A stretch of DNA of 64,000 nt from contig CAZXDT010000003.1 in NCBI GenBank assembly GCA_964639295.1, positions 1,304-65,303 on the forward strand, written 5' to 3'. The position numbers and the translations under genes are program-made. Shown in pieces: positions 37,969 to 46,741 of the stretch. Origin of the DNA: an uncultured Candidatus Saccharibacteria bacterium (GTDB lineage: Bacteria; Patescibacteriota; Saccharimonadia; Saccharimonadales; JALRHH01). The notes beneath the pieces were generated by a model. It was not told the origin of the DNA. It saw only the letters and a list, made by a program, of their open reading frames with translations, and searched no databases. Numbering within the stretch: the first letter of the stretch is position 1; each line of letters begins with the position of its first letter.

Positions 37969-39378
37969 TTAGCTACGACGAGCTAACACAAGGCGGTGAG
38001 CCATAGCACCAGCTACTGTAATAGCAGCAAAGATACCAAGGATATCGCCAGCACCAGTATCTACCAACTTAGTTGGAGTCTCTGGAGTGTTGTAGTTTAC
38101 TTTACCTTCACATACGCTTGTCTGATCAACGTCATTAACATTGAATCGAACAGTTGCGGTAAGTGAATATTCACCATCTTCGGCGTATGTGTGCTCTACA
38201 TTTGCTACCTTGTCAGTAACAAGTGGCGTAGAACCATCACCAAAGTCGTATGTTACGTTCTTGAACGTAACACCGTTCTTGGCAGTGTACTTAACACCGA
38301 GGTTGACCTTACGGCCATCAAGCTTAGCAACCTGCAAGAGATCACACTTGTACTCGGGAGCTGTAGTTACACAATCCTTTTGTACGTTAACCGTCGCAGA
38401 GTCGTTGTATTGACCAGTTTGGTCAGTATCAACAACTGCGATGTTCTTGATGTTGTTCATGCCACAAGCAAGACTTGTGCCTGGGTCTACTGTTGCCACA
38501 AATGTGATCAACGCAGAAGCACCTGGCAAGAGTGTGCCGACATTTTTACGGCCACTGAAGAAAGCGTTTGCTTCATCAGCAGTCATAACCGTACCATTGT
38601 ATGAACCGTAAAACTTCTTGGCTGTGCCAGGGACGAATGTTACGCCCTTTGGAAGTGGGTCACGGAGGTATACGTTAGTAAGGTTTGTGTTACTCAAGTT
38701 CTTAGCTTGAACAATGTATTCAACACGAGCACCAGGCTGTGCAACTAAGTTGTCAGTAGCCTGAGTTGTGCCACCTTCATTGTGCACGTACTTGTAGATA
38801 CCAACTGATGGGATCTTAACACGAGCCATGAAAGTAACGGTTGCTTCGAACTCGTGACAAGGCTTAACATCTTCAATAACTGCACCACTAAGGATAATGC
38901 TATCGTTGATTTGCTGTGTCACAAGGTTCTGGTCGGTACGAGTACCAACGTTGTGCTTCCAGTAGACGCTACCAGGAATAAATTCTAGGTTAGCGTCTGC
39001 ACGGTTTAAGTTAACCGTAGCGGTGTCGGTAATGGTGTTGGTGTTATCACCCTTCATCGTTACCTTTACAACTTGGTTCGTACCAGCAGCAGTTGGCATA
39101 TCAATCTTGATTTTAAAGTTTTCCGCAACACGGTTAGATTCCGGTAGTTCGCGGTTGTGGTAGTAGACAGAGAATTTTACAACTTCGTCATACTTCGCAT
39201 TTGTGCTTGTCTTGTATGTAGTTTCACCAGTAGTCTGGTTGGCTACGCCAATAGATCCTTCCATGAGGACATCAACTGCCATCACAGAGTGGATTGGAAG
39301 TGCAATCAAAGCAAGTAATGTAACCATAAATAGGCTCACTCGCTTTGGAGCACGCTTTAGGTATGAAAATAGTTTCAT
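37969..39378 (-). CDS. Cell-surface repeat protein (DUF11-like beta-sandwich) with a C-terminal sorting-signal-like tail
   Basis: Signal peptide. C-terminus LVDTGAG, then a hydrophobic stretch, then RLVLARRS. AAGGAG RBS. Confidence 0.8.
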   Translation of the reverse strand: MKLFSYLKRAPKRVSLFMVTLLALIALPIHSVMAVDVLMEGSIGVANQTTGETTYKTSTNAKYDEVVKFSVYYHNRELPESNRVAENFKIKIDMPTAAGTNQVVKVTMKGDNTNTITDTATVNLNRADANLEFIPGSVYWKHNVGTRTDQNLVTQQINDSIILSGAVIEDVKPCHEFEATVTFMARVKIPSVGIYKYVHNEGGTTQATDNLVAQPGARVEYIVQAKNLSNTNLTNVYLRDPLPKGVTFVPGTAKKFYGSYNGTVMTADEANAFFSGRKNVGTLLPGASALITFVATVDPGTSLACGMNNIKNIAVVDTDQTGQYNDSATVNVQKDCVTTAPEYKCDLLQVAKLDGRKVNLGVKYTAKNGVTFKNVTYDFGDGSTPLVTDKVANVEHTYAEDGEYSLTATVRFNVNDVDQTSVCEGKVNYNTPETPTKLVDTGAGDILGIFAAITVAGAMAHRLVLARRS

Positions 39379-39495
39379 AACAACTCCTTAAATTAAAATT
39401 ACAGTATCGGTTAATTCCGAAAGGTTCCCACATTGAACATTCTTTTTGCTGCTGAGAACACGAGTTGTTAAAGGTCGCCACCTGGCGCACTAATG

Positions 39496-39521
39496 CAAGT
39501 CAAATCATTACAAGTTATATA
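39496..39521 (+). repeat. Left 26-bp inverted repeat
   Basis: caagtcaaatcattacaagttatata versus the reverse complement of 41641-41666: 23 of 26 match, with a 17-nt perfect core. Confidence 0.85.
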
Positions 39522-39648
39522 GGGTGTAACAGGGTCAGGATGGTCGCTTTCGCGTAAGAATAATGCCTAAGCATCACTCACCAACCTGGCCCCTGTTTGC
39601 TACACCTGTAACCTATCTGTTGCAAAGCAACGTTGTTTCGAATGGGAT

Positions 39649-39730
39649 TGGTGGTCCCGGTGCTGCAGTAGCTGACTCGTCGGTGAGGACGAATCAAGAA
39701 CTGTGCGATTAAACGCAGCAACACCGGGAC
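39649..39730 (-). other. tRNA-like hairpin: 9-bp acceptor-like stem ending in ..CACCA
   Basis: GTCCCGGTG...CACCGGGAC followed by CACCA. No T-loop or anticodon arm could be drawn. Confidence 0.35.
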
Positions 39731-39788
39731 AACCAGAGATCACGCAGGCGAATGCCTCAAAGACCCAGAAGGGCGCGTGAACATGTGC

Positions 39789-40904
39789 TCAACAGGTGGG
39801 AATGACTCCACAGGGACTCGGCGTAGCCGATGGCGACGGTGAAGTCGTCTGTCCACTGTCAGAGTCGTCATCCGGAACGGTGGGAGTTGGAGCTCCTCCG
39901 TCACCAGAACCACCGTCGGGGTCACCCGTGGGACGACTCGTCGGACGAGGCGTGCCGCTGGGATTCGAAGGACCCTGAGGGTTCTCACCGACCGGCTGCT
40001 TCGCAGGACTTCCGTTTCCACCAGCACCACCAGGGTCGTTCGTACCCTTGGGCTTGACGCATCGGTCCTCATACGGAACGTACGGGATGCACTTCGGCTT
40101 CGGACACGTCCCCTGCTTCTCGCAGTTGGTGGTCGGGTGAGGCAGATCGAACTGCGGGTTGGTGCAGGCTCCGCGCAAGGCGAAGACCGAAGTCACCTTC
40201 CCACACTCGATCTGACCCGGAGGCACGAAGATCATGGTGATCGTTCCCGCCTTGTCCACCTTGGTGCTGCCAGCCATCTTGATGCCGTTGTGGTAGTAAG
40301 TGTTGCCACCCCAAGACGTCATCTCGTTGAGCTGTGCCGCAACCCAGTTGCTCGGATCGAGCAGCTGAGCCTTGGTGACCGGAGCACACCCATCCTTGGT
40401 TGCGTACTTCGCAGCCTTGATCGCGTCCTTAGCCTGGGGGGTACCCGAGCCGATGAAAGCAACCGCTTCTGCGGGAGTCGAAACCATCTCGCCGAAGACA
40501 CCGTGACCGGGGTCAGCAGTGTTCTCGGTGATGAGAGCAGGGTCGGTGACGATCTTGTCATCCTTGAAACCCTGCTGACGCAGAGCCTTGCGGACGACGT
40601 CGACAACGACCTCGTGCTTCTTGTCGTCAGCCTTCGGAGTAGGGCAGGCGTTCAGGGCGTCGATGGTGGCCTGGGCCGCCTCGATGTCCTTCTTGGCCTG
40701 CTTCTCGTCGGGCGTGCCCTTGACGTCCTTCAGCTTGCTGTCAGCCTTCTCCTTGGCGGAGGTGGCGTCCTTCAGCTGGACAGCCTGCTTGGAGCAGTCC
40801 ACCTTGGACGAAACGGGCTTGGTGCCACTACCGCAAGCGGTGAGCGTGACACCCATCAGAACAGCCACCAGAAGGAGGCCGACGTTCTTGATGTTGAACT
40901 TCAC
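39789..40904 (-). CDS. Lipoprotein with a Pro/Gly/Ser-rich C-terminus, foreign (high G+C) composition
   Basis: GTG start preceded by GGAAGGGG. Signal plus lipobox MKFNIKNVGLLLVAVLMGVTLTAC. G/C-rich third codon positions. Confidence 0.8.
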   Translation of the reverse strand: MKFNIKNVGLLLVAVLMGVTLTACGSGTKPVSSKVDCSKQAVQLKDATSAKEKADSKLKDVKGTPDEKQAKKDIEAAQATIDALNACPTPKADDKKHEVVVDVVRKALRQQGFKDDKIVTDPALITENTADPGHGVFGEMVSTPAEAVAFIGSGTPQAKDAIKAAKYATKDGCAPVTKAQLLDPSNWVAAQLNEMTSWGGNTYYHNGIKMAGSTKVDKAGTITMIFVPPGQIECGKVTSVFALRGACTNPQFDLPHPTTNCEKQGTCPKPKCIPYVPYEDRCVKPKGTNDPGGAGGNGSPAKQPVGENPQGPSNPSGTPRPTSRPTGDPDGGSGDGGAPTPTVPDDDSDSGQTTSPSPSATPSPCGVIPTC

Positions 40905-40926
40905 TTGAATCACCCCTTCCGGTGAT

Positions 40927-41313
40927 TTAGCTCCGCGACGGCTTGTCGAGGAACGGGATGTTGTCGAACAGGATCAGCGCGAGGTACACGAGGATCGCAG
41001 CGGCGACACCGACCAGAACCCAGAGGTCCTGCATTTCGATGCCATCGAGAACCTTGTTGCCCCAGACGACCACGACTGCAGTCAGAACTGCAGAAGCGAT
41101 GATCTTGAACTTGGAGGCGTCTCCCTTCAGCAGCCAGATGATGGCGCCGGCGGCGACTACGACACATACGGCCCACAGCAGACTCCCGAAGGAATCGCCG
41201 AAGCTGAACTTGTCCTTGTGCCACTCGTAGTAGTGAACGGCGTAGGCGGTGCCCACGATGCCCAGTACGGCGGTGATGAATCGACGGATGTCGACACGGT
41301 CGAGCTTGAACAT
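40927..41313 (-). CDS. Small 4-TM membrane protein, foreign (high G+C) composition
   Basis: ORF with an AAAGGGGA RBS and four hydrophobic segments. The overlapping ORFs in other frames are typical high-GC artefacts. Confidence 0.75.
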   Translation of the reverse strand: MFKLDRVDIRRFITAVLGIVGTAYAVHYYEWHKDKFSFGDSFGSLLWAVCVVVAAGAIIWLLKGDASKFKIIASAVLTAVVVVWGNKVLDGIEMQDLWVLVGVAAAILVYLALILFDNIPFLDKPSRS

Positions 41314-41390
41314 GAGATTTCCCCTTTCCTAGGGAGGTAGAACCAGTTCGAGAGCTCCATGCGGAACTCTTATAGCTGTAGTCTCCCTAG

Positions 41391-41443
41391 TAGGGACAGC
41401 ATGATTGCAGTCAAACTCGTTAACTGCGAACATGCTGTCCCTA
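41391..41443. repeat. 13-bp perfect inverted repeat hairpin
   Basis: tagggacagcatg / catgctgtcccta, with a 27-nt loop that itself pairs (TTGCAGT/ACTGCGA). Confidence 0.85.
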
Positions 41444-41530
41444 AGGAAATATCGAAACAATAGATTGGTTACAGTGTGTATTTGTTCTGCATGGGAGCTT
41501 CTAGAGGTAAACCTCAATAGACGCTGCAAC

Positions 41531-41598
41531 CAGTGCAGACCGTCTAATACTAGCGTGACAAGAAGAACTAACCACCTAATACTACTCGGTCTGCACTG
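41531..41598. repeat. 12-bp perfect inverted repeat
   Basis: cagtgcagaccg / cggtctgcactg, with a 44-nt spacer. Confidence 0.85.
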
Positions 41599-41619
41599 TT
41601 TACTTTCCTTAGCAGAACT

Positions 41620-41639
41620 CCGGTATCTGTTGATACCGG
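41620..41639. repeat. 8-bp stem hairpin abutting the right inverted repeat
   Basis: CCGGTATC-tgtt-GATACCGG. Confidence 0.8.
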
Positions 41640-41640
41640 T

Positions 41641-41666
41641 TATATACTCTGTAATGATTTGACTTG
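41641..41666 (-). repeat. Right 26-bp inverted repeat
   Basis: Its reverse complement caagtcaaatcattacagagtatata matches 39496-39521. Confidence 0.85.
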
Positions 41667-41806
41667 TTAACGTGCCCGCTGTCTATGAATTCCTGGCCTC
41701 TTAGAAGCAGCAAAAGCAGAGCCATTGCTGGTCTGCTATACTATTCCACCTCTGTAAAAGTCCAGTTACGGGTTAAAACCTCACACCCATAAACAAGGAT
41801 GCTCTA

Positions 41807-41835
41807 AATATACCACAAAATACCTTTTATGTCAA
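41807..41835 (-). promoter_or_regulatory. Strong sigma70-like promoter facing the high-G+C unit
   Basis: TTGACA-17-TATATT on the - strand. Confidence 0.55.
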
Positions 41836-41884
41836 TTACTTTCAACACCTTTACGGTAAAACACAAGCGTTTTGCAACCCCTGT

Positions 41885-43318
41885 TTAGGCCTTCTTGTCT
41901 GCCAAATGATCAGGTACTTTGAGTTTCTGCTTACTAAATGTGAATCCAAAGGTGCTTCCCTTGTTCTCTACGCTCTTAAACACGATTGCGCCACCCTGGG
42001 CGATAATCACTTTCTTAGCCATAAACAGTCCCAGCCCAGTACCATCCGGACGAGCCTTCTGAGCATTCTTAGCCCTATAGAACTTATTAAACAGATGGTG
42101 TTGTTCTGCAGGTGGTATACCGATACCATTATCGTTAACTGTAAACTCTACACTATCCTTTGTCTGCTTGAGCTTAATCTCTATCGCCCCGCCGGCTGGG
42201 GTGTAGTAAATAGCATTGTCAGCAAAGTTCATAATAACTTGCCGTATCTTAGTCTCATCGATCATGAGATTTGGGAAATCTTCTGGCTTTTTGTACTGAA
42301 GAGTTAAATTACGCCCAGCCGCAGCAACCTTGAGTTGATCTACTTCACTCTCAATAACGTCCGCTAGGTTAGTAGGCTTAGCCTCAATAACAAACTTACC
42401 GGTCCTAAGCCTAGACAGGTTCAACAGGTCGGCAATGAGATAAACCATACGCTGGCTACTCGCAAAAGACTGTTCCAATAACTTACGCTGCATTGGTTGA
42501 AGTTCTCCTGCATCTCCCTCTAGGACCATACTGACATAACCCTTAACAGAAGTCAGTGGTGTGCGTAACTGGTGTGATGCCATGCTAATAAACTCATCCT
42601 TGGTTTCATCCAAGGCCTTTAACTTCTCGTTGGTTTTCTGTAGCTGACGAAGGACTTGCTGGTTTTCTTCAAACAGTAGTTTGTTGTCAAGTGCGATCCC
42701 CACTGCTTCACTCAGACGCTCAAGTAACATTTTATCTTTCTCGGAAATTGCTTCTTGATCCTGCGTAAATCCTATTACCATAAGGCCTACTAGCCGATCT
42801 CTAGACAAAAGCTTAACGACGACGACTGACTTGATTGGTAATGCCGCCCTAAGTAATGCAACTTTTTGTTTCTTGTCGCCAAGAATAGCTGCAAGATGCT
42901 CATTTGTTATGTCCCGAACACTCCGTATTATGCTGCGCTCAGGTGTTGCTATCCACTCACTGTGATCATCAAGCCCAATTTTGTAGTGACTGATGTCCGG
43001 TACGTTTTGAAATGAGCTGGCAACGCCATATAAGGCTAAATAGTCTTTATGCGGCGGATTGGGCAAGATTGCCACCAATGGATACGAAGAATGGGTAACG
43101 ATGGCTTCAGCAACTTTTTGGCACAGTATCTCCAGCTCTTCGTGAGACTCAAGCACGAGGCTATCAATAGTACGGAGAAGAGAAAGAGCCTGATTCGAAT
43201 CAGCCAACTCAAGGTTTCTCTTATACATCTGCTGTGATATTTCAGCAAGATCCAACTCCAGCTGCTTTTTCTTGCTGGCGGTGAATACTTTCTTAAGACG
43301 TGTTTTTTGCTCTTCCAC
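41885..43318 (-). CDS. Cytoplasmic sensor histidine kinase
   Basis: H-box SHQLRTPLTSV; HATPase N, G1 and G2 boxes (DNGIGI, GTGLGL); no TM segment. Confidence 0.9.
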   Translation of the reverse strand: MEEQKTRLKKVFTASKKKQLELDLAEISQQMYKRNLELADSNQALSLLRTIDSLVLESHEELEILCQKVAEAIVTHSSYPLVAILPNPPHKDYLALYGVASSFQNVPDISHYKIGLDDHSEWIATPERSIIRSVRDITNEHLAAILGDKKQKVALLRAALPIKSVVVVKLLSRDRLVGLMVIGFTQDQEAISEKDKMLLERLSEAVGIALDNKLLFEENQQVLRQLQKTNEKLKALDETKDEFISMASHQLRTPLTSVKGYVSMVLEGDAGELQPMQRKLLEQSFASSQRMVYLIADLLNLSRLRTGKFVIEAKPTNLADVIESEVDQLKVAAAGRNLTLQYKKPEDFPNLMIDETKIRQVIMNFADNAIYYTPAGGAIEIKLKQTKDSVEFTVNDNGIGIPPAEQHHLFNKFYRAKNAQKARPDGTGLGLFMAKKVIIAQGGAIVFKSVENKGSTFGFTFSKQKLKVPDHLADKKA

Positions 43319-43352
43319 CCTTACCTTTCAAACAGCTAGAGTTTACTGGTAG

Positions 43353-43631
43353 TTATTTTAGCAGGTTAGGGAGTTCTTCGGGTTTTAGCCCACTAGAAAG
43401 GTATGCCACGGCATCCTTACTGACTTCCACCGCAATTTGACCAAATAATACCCTATAGGCTTCAATGAGGCTTTCTATTGCTACCTTTTCATCACCTGTG
43501 ATTGACACTGTGTGGTTTGGCCAGTCAATCGTAAGACCTTTAACTTGCTGGGCTTGTTGTACGGCAACAGGGCCAATAATAGTTTCTTGGTGCTCAATGA
43601 TTTTCTCAGCTATCTGAGCGTAGACATCCAT
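43353..43631 (-). CDS. Hypothetical protein (92 aa)
   Basis: ORF separated by 1 nt from the upstream membrane protein gene. Confidence 0.6.
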   Translation of the reverse strand: MDVYAQIAEKIIEHQETIIGPVAVQQAQQVKGLTIDWPNHTVSITGDEKVAIESLIEAYRVLFGQIAVEVSKDAVAYLSSGLKPEELPNLLK

Positions 43632-43632
43632 G

Positions 43633-44526
43633 TCAAACCTCCCCGCCTTCTGGGCTTGGATTTGCTGGAACTTCCGGAGGTGTTTCTTGTGGCGATTGTT
43701 CTACATCCGCTAATGGAGCCGTGGGATTAGTAGCAAATGCCAATACACCAAAAGTAATGAGGAATAAACCGGTAGTTAGCAATAAGTCACCCCAGTTAGC
43801 ATTGTAGTAAGTTCCCTCTGTTGTGGTATAAGAAAATACGGAGTCAGCAAAATACATAACCGCAAGGCCTGCAAGGATAGATACTACTGCCCGCCTGTAG
43901 AGCCCACCAAAGTACTTGTATGACAGTAGGAACACTACACTCGCAAAGACAACTGCCAAGAAGTCACCGAACGGATATACAATATCAAGCACGACTTTGA
44001 GGACTGTCTCACCTTCTGGGACAAGCGTTCCTCCCCTGGCAAGCACAACTTGGATATAGTACGACGGAATAAGGAGTAAGAGTGGTACCCCTATTGCAAG
44101 TATCTTTGCTTTTCGCTTTTTGCGTAAGGCATACATTGCACCGGTTGCCTTGGACAGTGAAGCTACCCCTAATATCCAGAAGAAAATACTCGGAGCAAAT
44201 CCAACATCAGCGAGCGATGGGTATGGGGCTGGAACATCTTTGACGAAGTTGTAGTATGACCATATGTTTTCTCCCATTCCCCAAAGGAATAGACCCAGAG
44301 ATATGAAGAATACTGCTCTACCCAGAGCGCTCTTGAGCCCACCCCATAGCCTTGCGGTGAACATGCCAATCAGACCCCCAAAAAATGGTATAAGCCCAAA
44401 CAGTAAAGAATACAGATAATTTAGATTACCCTCTGTTGTCTTGGTAACGAAGAGGCCAATCCAAAAGATCACGAGAACACCGTAAAATCCGGCAATCAGT
44501 TTCTGGTATATGTTGGTATTTTTCAT
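43633..44526 (-). CDS. Polytopic membrane protein, unknown function
   Basis: About 8 hydrophobic segments. Confidence 0.75.
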   Translation of the reverse strand: MKNTNIYQKLIAGFYGVLVIFWIGLFVTKTTEGNLNYLYSLLFGLIPFFGGLIGMFTARLWGGLKSALGRAVFFISLGLFLWGMGENIWSYYNFVKDVPAPYPSLADVGFAPSIFFWILGVASLSKATGAMYALRKKRKAKILAIGVPLLLLIPSYYIQVVLARGGTLVPEGETVLKVVLDIVYPFGDFLAVVFASVVFLLSYKYFGGLYRRAVVSILAGLAVMYFADSVFSYTTTEGTYYNANWGDLLLTTGLFLITFGVLAFATNPTAPLADVEQSPQETPPEVPANPSPEGGEV

Positions 44527-44575
44527 GAGCTACCCTGTTTAGTTACACTAAACGTAACCGCTTTCATCTAGATTG

Positions 44576-45712
44576 TCAATGAATGTATAGATCGGGCGTA
44601 GGGAAACCGTTGAATGGTGACGCCAAACTCAAGGTATAAGCGCCAGCATTTTCAAATATCAGCTTATCACCAATCTTGATATCCGCCGGCAATACGGCAT
44701 CACGAGCAATAATATCTAAACTATCGCCTGTAGGACCCGCTAAAGTACACAACATAGATTCATATTTACCCTTAGGCTGTACGAATGGCTGTACCTTATA
44801 CATAGTAGAGCCTTGGTGTATCATCGCTTCATATAGTGCATTGTAGATACCCGCGTCTAAGCACAACCACGTACGACCGTTCCTCACTGACCTTGATACT
44901 ACTGATGCAACAAGGACCGTTGAAGAAGCAACTATCCCACGACCAGGTTCCATGAGAATACTTGGCATATAAGGCAGCTCGTGCATGACATTGTGTAGTT
45001 TTTGGACAATTTCAGCTAAGTGAGGCGCATTCTGGTGATTCTCATACACCACAGGGAAACCGCCACCAACATTGATAACTTCTAGTTTGATCTTCTTGGC
45101 ATATAAATTATCAATCACGGGCTTGATTGTTCTCATGGCATTCGCCCATCGTTCTGCAACTGTTGCCTGCGACCCCACATAAAAACTCAAACCATACGGT
45201 TTGAGGCCATGTTTATGAGCATATAACATAAGGTCAGTGACCGTATCTACCGGAGCACCGAATCGTTCCGACATTGTAAAGACACTTCCTTCATCATCAA
45301 CAACAGTACGCACAAAGACTCTTGATCCTGGTGCATGTGCTATAAGCTTATCTAGCTCCTCAACTGAGTCAGCAGCAAAACGGTCAACACCGTTATTGAA
45401 TGCTTTTTGTATATGATCAATTGGCTTTACAGAAGTTCCGTAAATGATGTTCGTAGGTTCTACACCTAATTGCAGTAACTGATCTATTTCATAGGCGGAT
45501 GCCGCTTCAAATCCACAGCCGATCTCATTTAGGTAGGTCAGCACTTTCGGATCGGAATTAGCTTTCAGCGCATAACAAACTTCGGGCTTATCAAAAAGAT
45601 GCCTAAACATACCGTAGTTGTGCCTGAGTATTTCCCTGCTCGTGAAGAAATAGGGGGTCTGATAATCGTGCTCACGAACTTCTTTGAGTATTTCAACTTC
45701 GTTTGGGATCAT
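44576..45712 (-). CDS. PLP-dependent Orn/DAP/Arg decarboxylase-family protein
   Basis: PLP-lysine motif CYALKANS; GGGF motif; alanine-racemase-fold family pattern. Confidence 0.85.
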   Translation of the reverse strand: MIPNEVEILKEVREHDYQTPYFFTSREILRHNYGMFRHLFDKPEVCYALKANSDPKVLTYLNEIGCGFEAASAYEIDQLLQLGVEPTNIIYGTSVKPIDHIQKAFNNGVDRFAADSVEELDKLIAHAPGSRVFVRTVVDDEGSVFTMSERFGAPVDTVTDLMLYAHKHGLKPYGLSFYVGSQATVAERWANAMRTIKPVIDNLYAKKIKLEVINVGGGFPVVYENHQNAPHLAEIVQKLHNVMHELPYMPSILMEPGRGIVASSTVLVASVVSRSVRNGRTWLCLDAGIYNALYEAMIHQGSTMYKVQPFVQPKGKYESMLCTLAGPTGDSLDIIARDAVLPADIKIGDKLIFENAGAYTLSLASPFNGFPTPDLYIH

Positions 45713-45767
45713 TTTTGTTTTCTACTTTCCAGCCAAGAGTAACAGATAACGCTTTACTTTGCAAAAA

Positions 45768-46661
45768 CTATTTGAGAGCTATAGCCACAACTCCAAGGAT
45801 AATCAGGAAAGTCCCGGCCGTCTGAAACTTCGTAACCCCTTCTTTAAGGAACTTGTGTGCGAGAATCACGGTCGGGATTGAGAATGCAGCGCTTAGTACC
45901 GCAATAATGCTCGTCTTACTAGTCAGACTATACCCCAGACTTACCCCAACGTAGGCAGCTACTTCACTAGCACCAATTGCCAAAAACCATAGCCAATTGA
46001 TCTTATGTAGGACAGTCAGACTTACCCGTTGTGCACGAATGATAATAAGCGTTGTTAGCGTCATGAAGCCGTACATTAAGGCTGCGTATACCAACCAATC
46101 CCTATCAACCACGAAGTTACCCCAACATACTGTCCAGCCAGCTGCCAATACAGTTGCGACAAGAATATCCTTCAGTCCGTCAATCTTCGTAAGTTTTACG
46201 CGCTTGAGTGCAAATGACTCTTTATCAAGGCTAGCCAGGAACACACCACTGAATATGACAATCAAGCAGACCAGGCTCCAAGCCCCAAGTACTTCAGAGA
46301 ACAAGAGGACTGACATCAATACAACAAAACCTGAATAAGAAGAGAATATCGGGTTGAGAAGCGCCAGCTTACCCTTACCGAATGCACGGTATGCAAAGAA
46401 GTATACAAGAGCCTGAACGACCCCAAACGCTACTAAACCCAACCATTGTCCAAAGCTATCTGGCAATACCATTGTTCTCTCACCAGCAAAGAACCACGCA
46501 CCAACCAAACCCGTCAGGACACTCAGTCCAAAAACGTGTGCTAACGCAAGAGTTGCCATGTCACCTACAATATCTATAGTCTTCTTGGCAAAGAAATCCG
46601 CAAATCCCCAACCCAACATACCCGCAAGACCAGCCAAAATTGCAATCAGAGCATCGTTCAT
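45768..46661 (-). CDS. EamA/DMT-family transporter
   Basis: 10-TM-like profile with internal duplication. Confidence 0.8.
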   Translation of the reverse strand: MNDALIAILAGLAGMLGWGFADFFAKKTIDIVGDMATLALAHVFGLSVLTGLVGAWFFAGERTMVLPDSFGQWLGLVAFGVVQALVYFFAYRAFGKGKLALLNPIFSSYSGFVVLMSVLLFSEVLGAWSLVCLIVIFSGVFLASLDKESFALKRVKLTKIDGLKDILVATVLAAGWTVCWGNFVVDRDWLVYAALMYGFMTLTTLIIIRAQRVSLTVLHKINWLWFLAIGASEVAAYVGVSLGYSLTSKTSIIAVLSAAFSIPTVILAHKFLKEGVTKFQTAGTFLIILGVVAIALK

Positions 46662-46741
46662 ATTACGTATGAGTCTATACGTAATATGGTGCCTAGGAAA
46701 GGACTTTCTCGCACACCCGGCAATTCTATGGTGTGCAGAGG

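Larger units (their letters stand above)
39496..41666. mobile_element. 2.17-kb inverted-repeat-bounded unit carrying a high-G+C two-gene cargo (candidate non-autonomous element or HGT islet)
   Basis: Terminal inverted repeats; compositional jump; no transposase or integrase inside. Confidence 0.4.

Noticed and set aside
39740-41360. Many overlapping ORFs in several frames on both strands (for example 39740..40072, 40069..40389, 40137..40925, 40319..40606, 40588..40908, 40910..41224, 40943..41230).
   Set aside because: These are typical stop-codon-poor artefacts of high-G+C DNA. Only 39789..40904 (lipobox, RBS) and 40927..41313 (4 TM segments, RBS) have gene-like features.
39590-41886. A 9-bp direct repeat, cccctgttt (39590-39598 and 41878-41886), as a possible target-site duplication of the high-G+C island.
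   Set aside because: A 9-mer match between two ~400-nt flanks is expected by chance at appreciable frequency. The right copy overlaps the histidine kinase stop codon. The 26-bp inverted repeats give a better-supported boundary.
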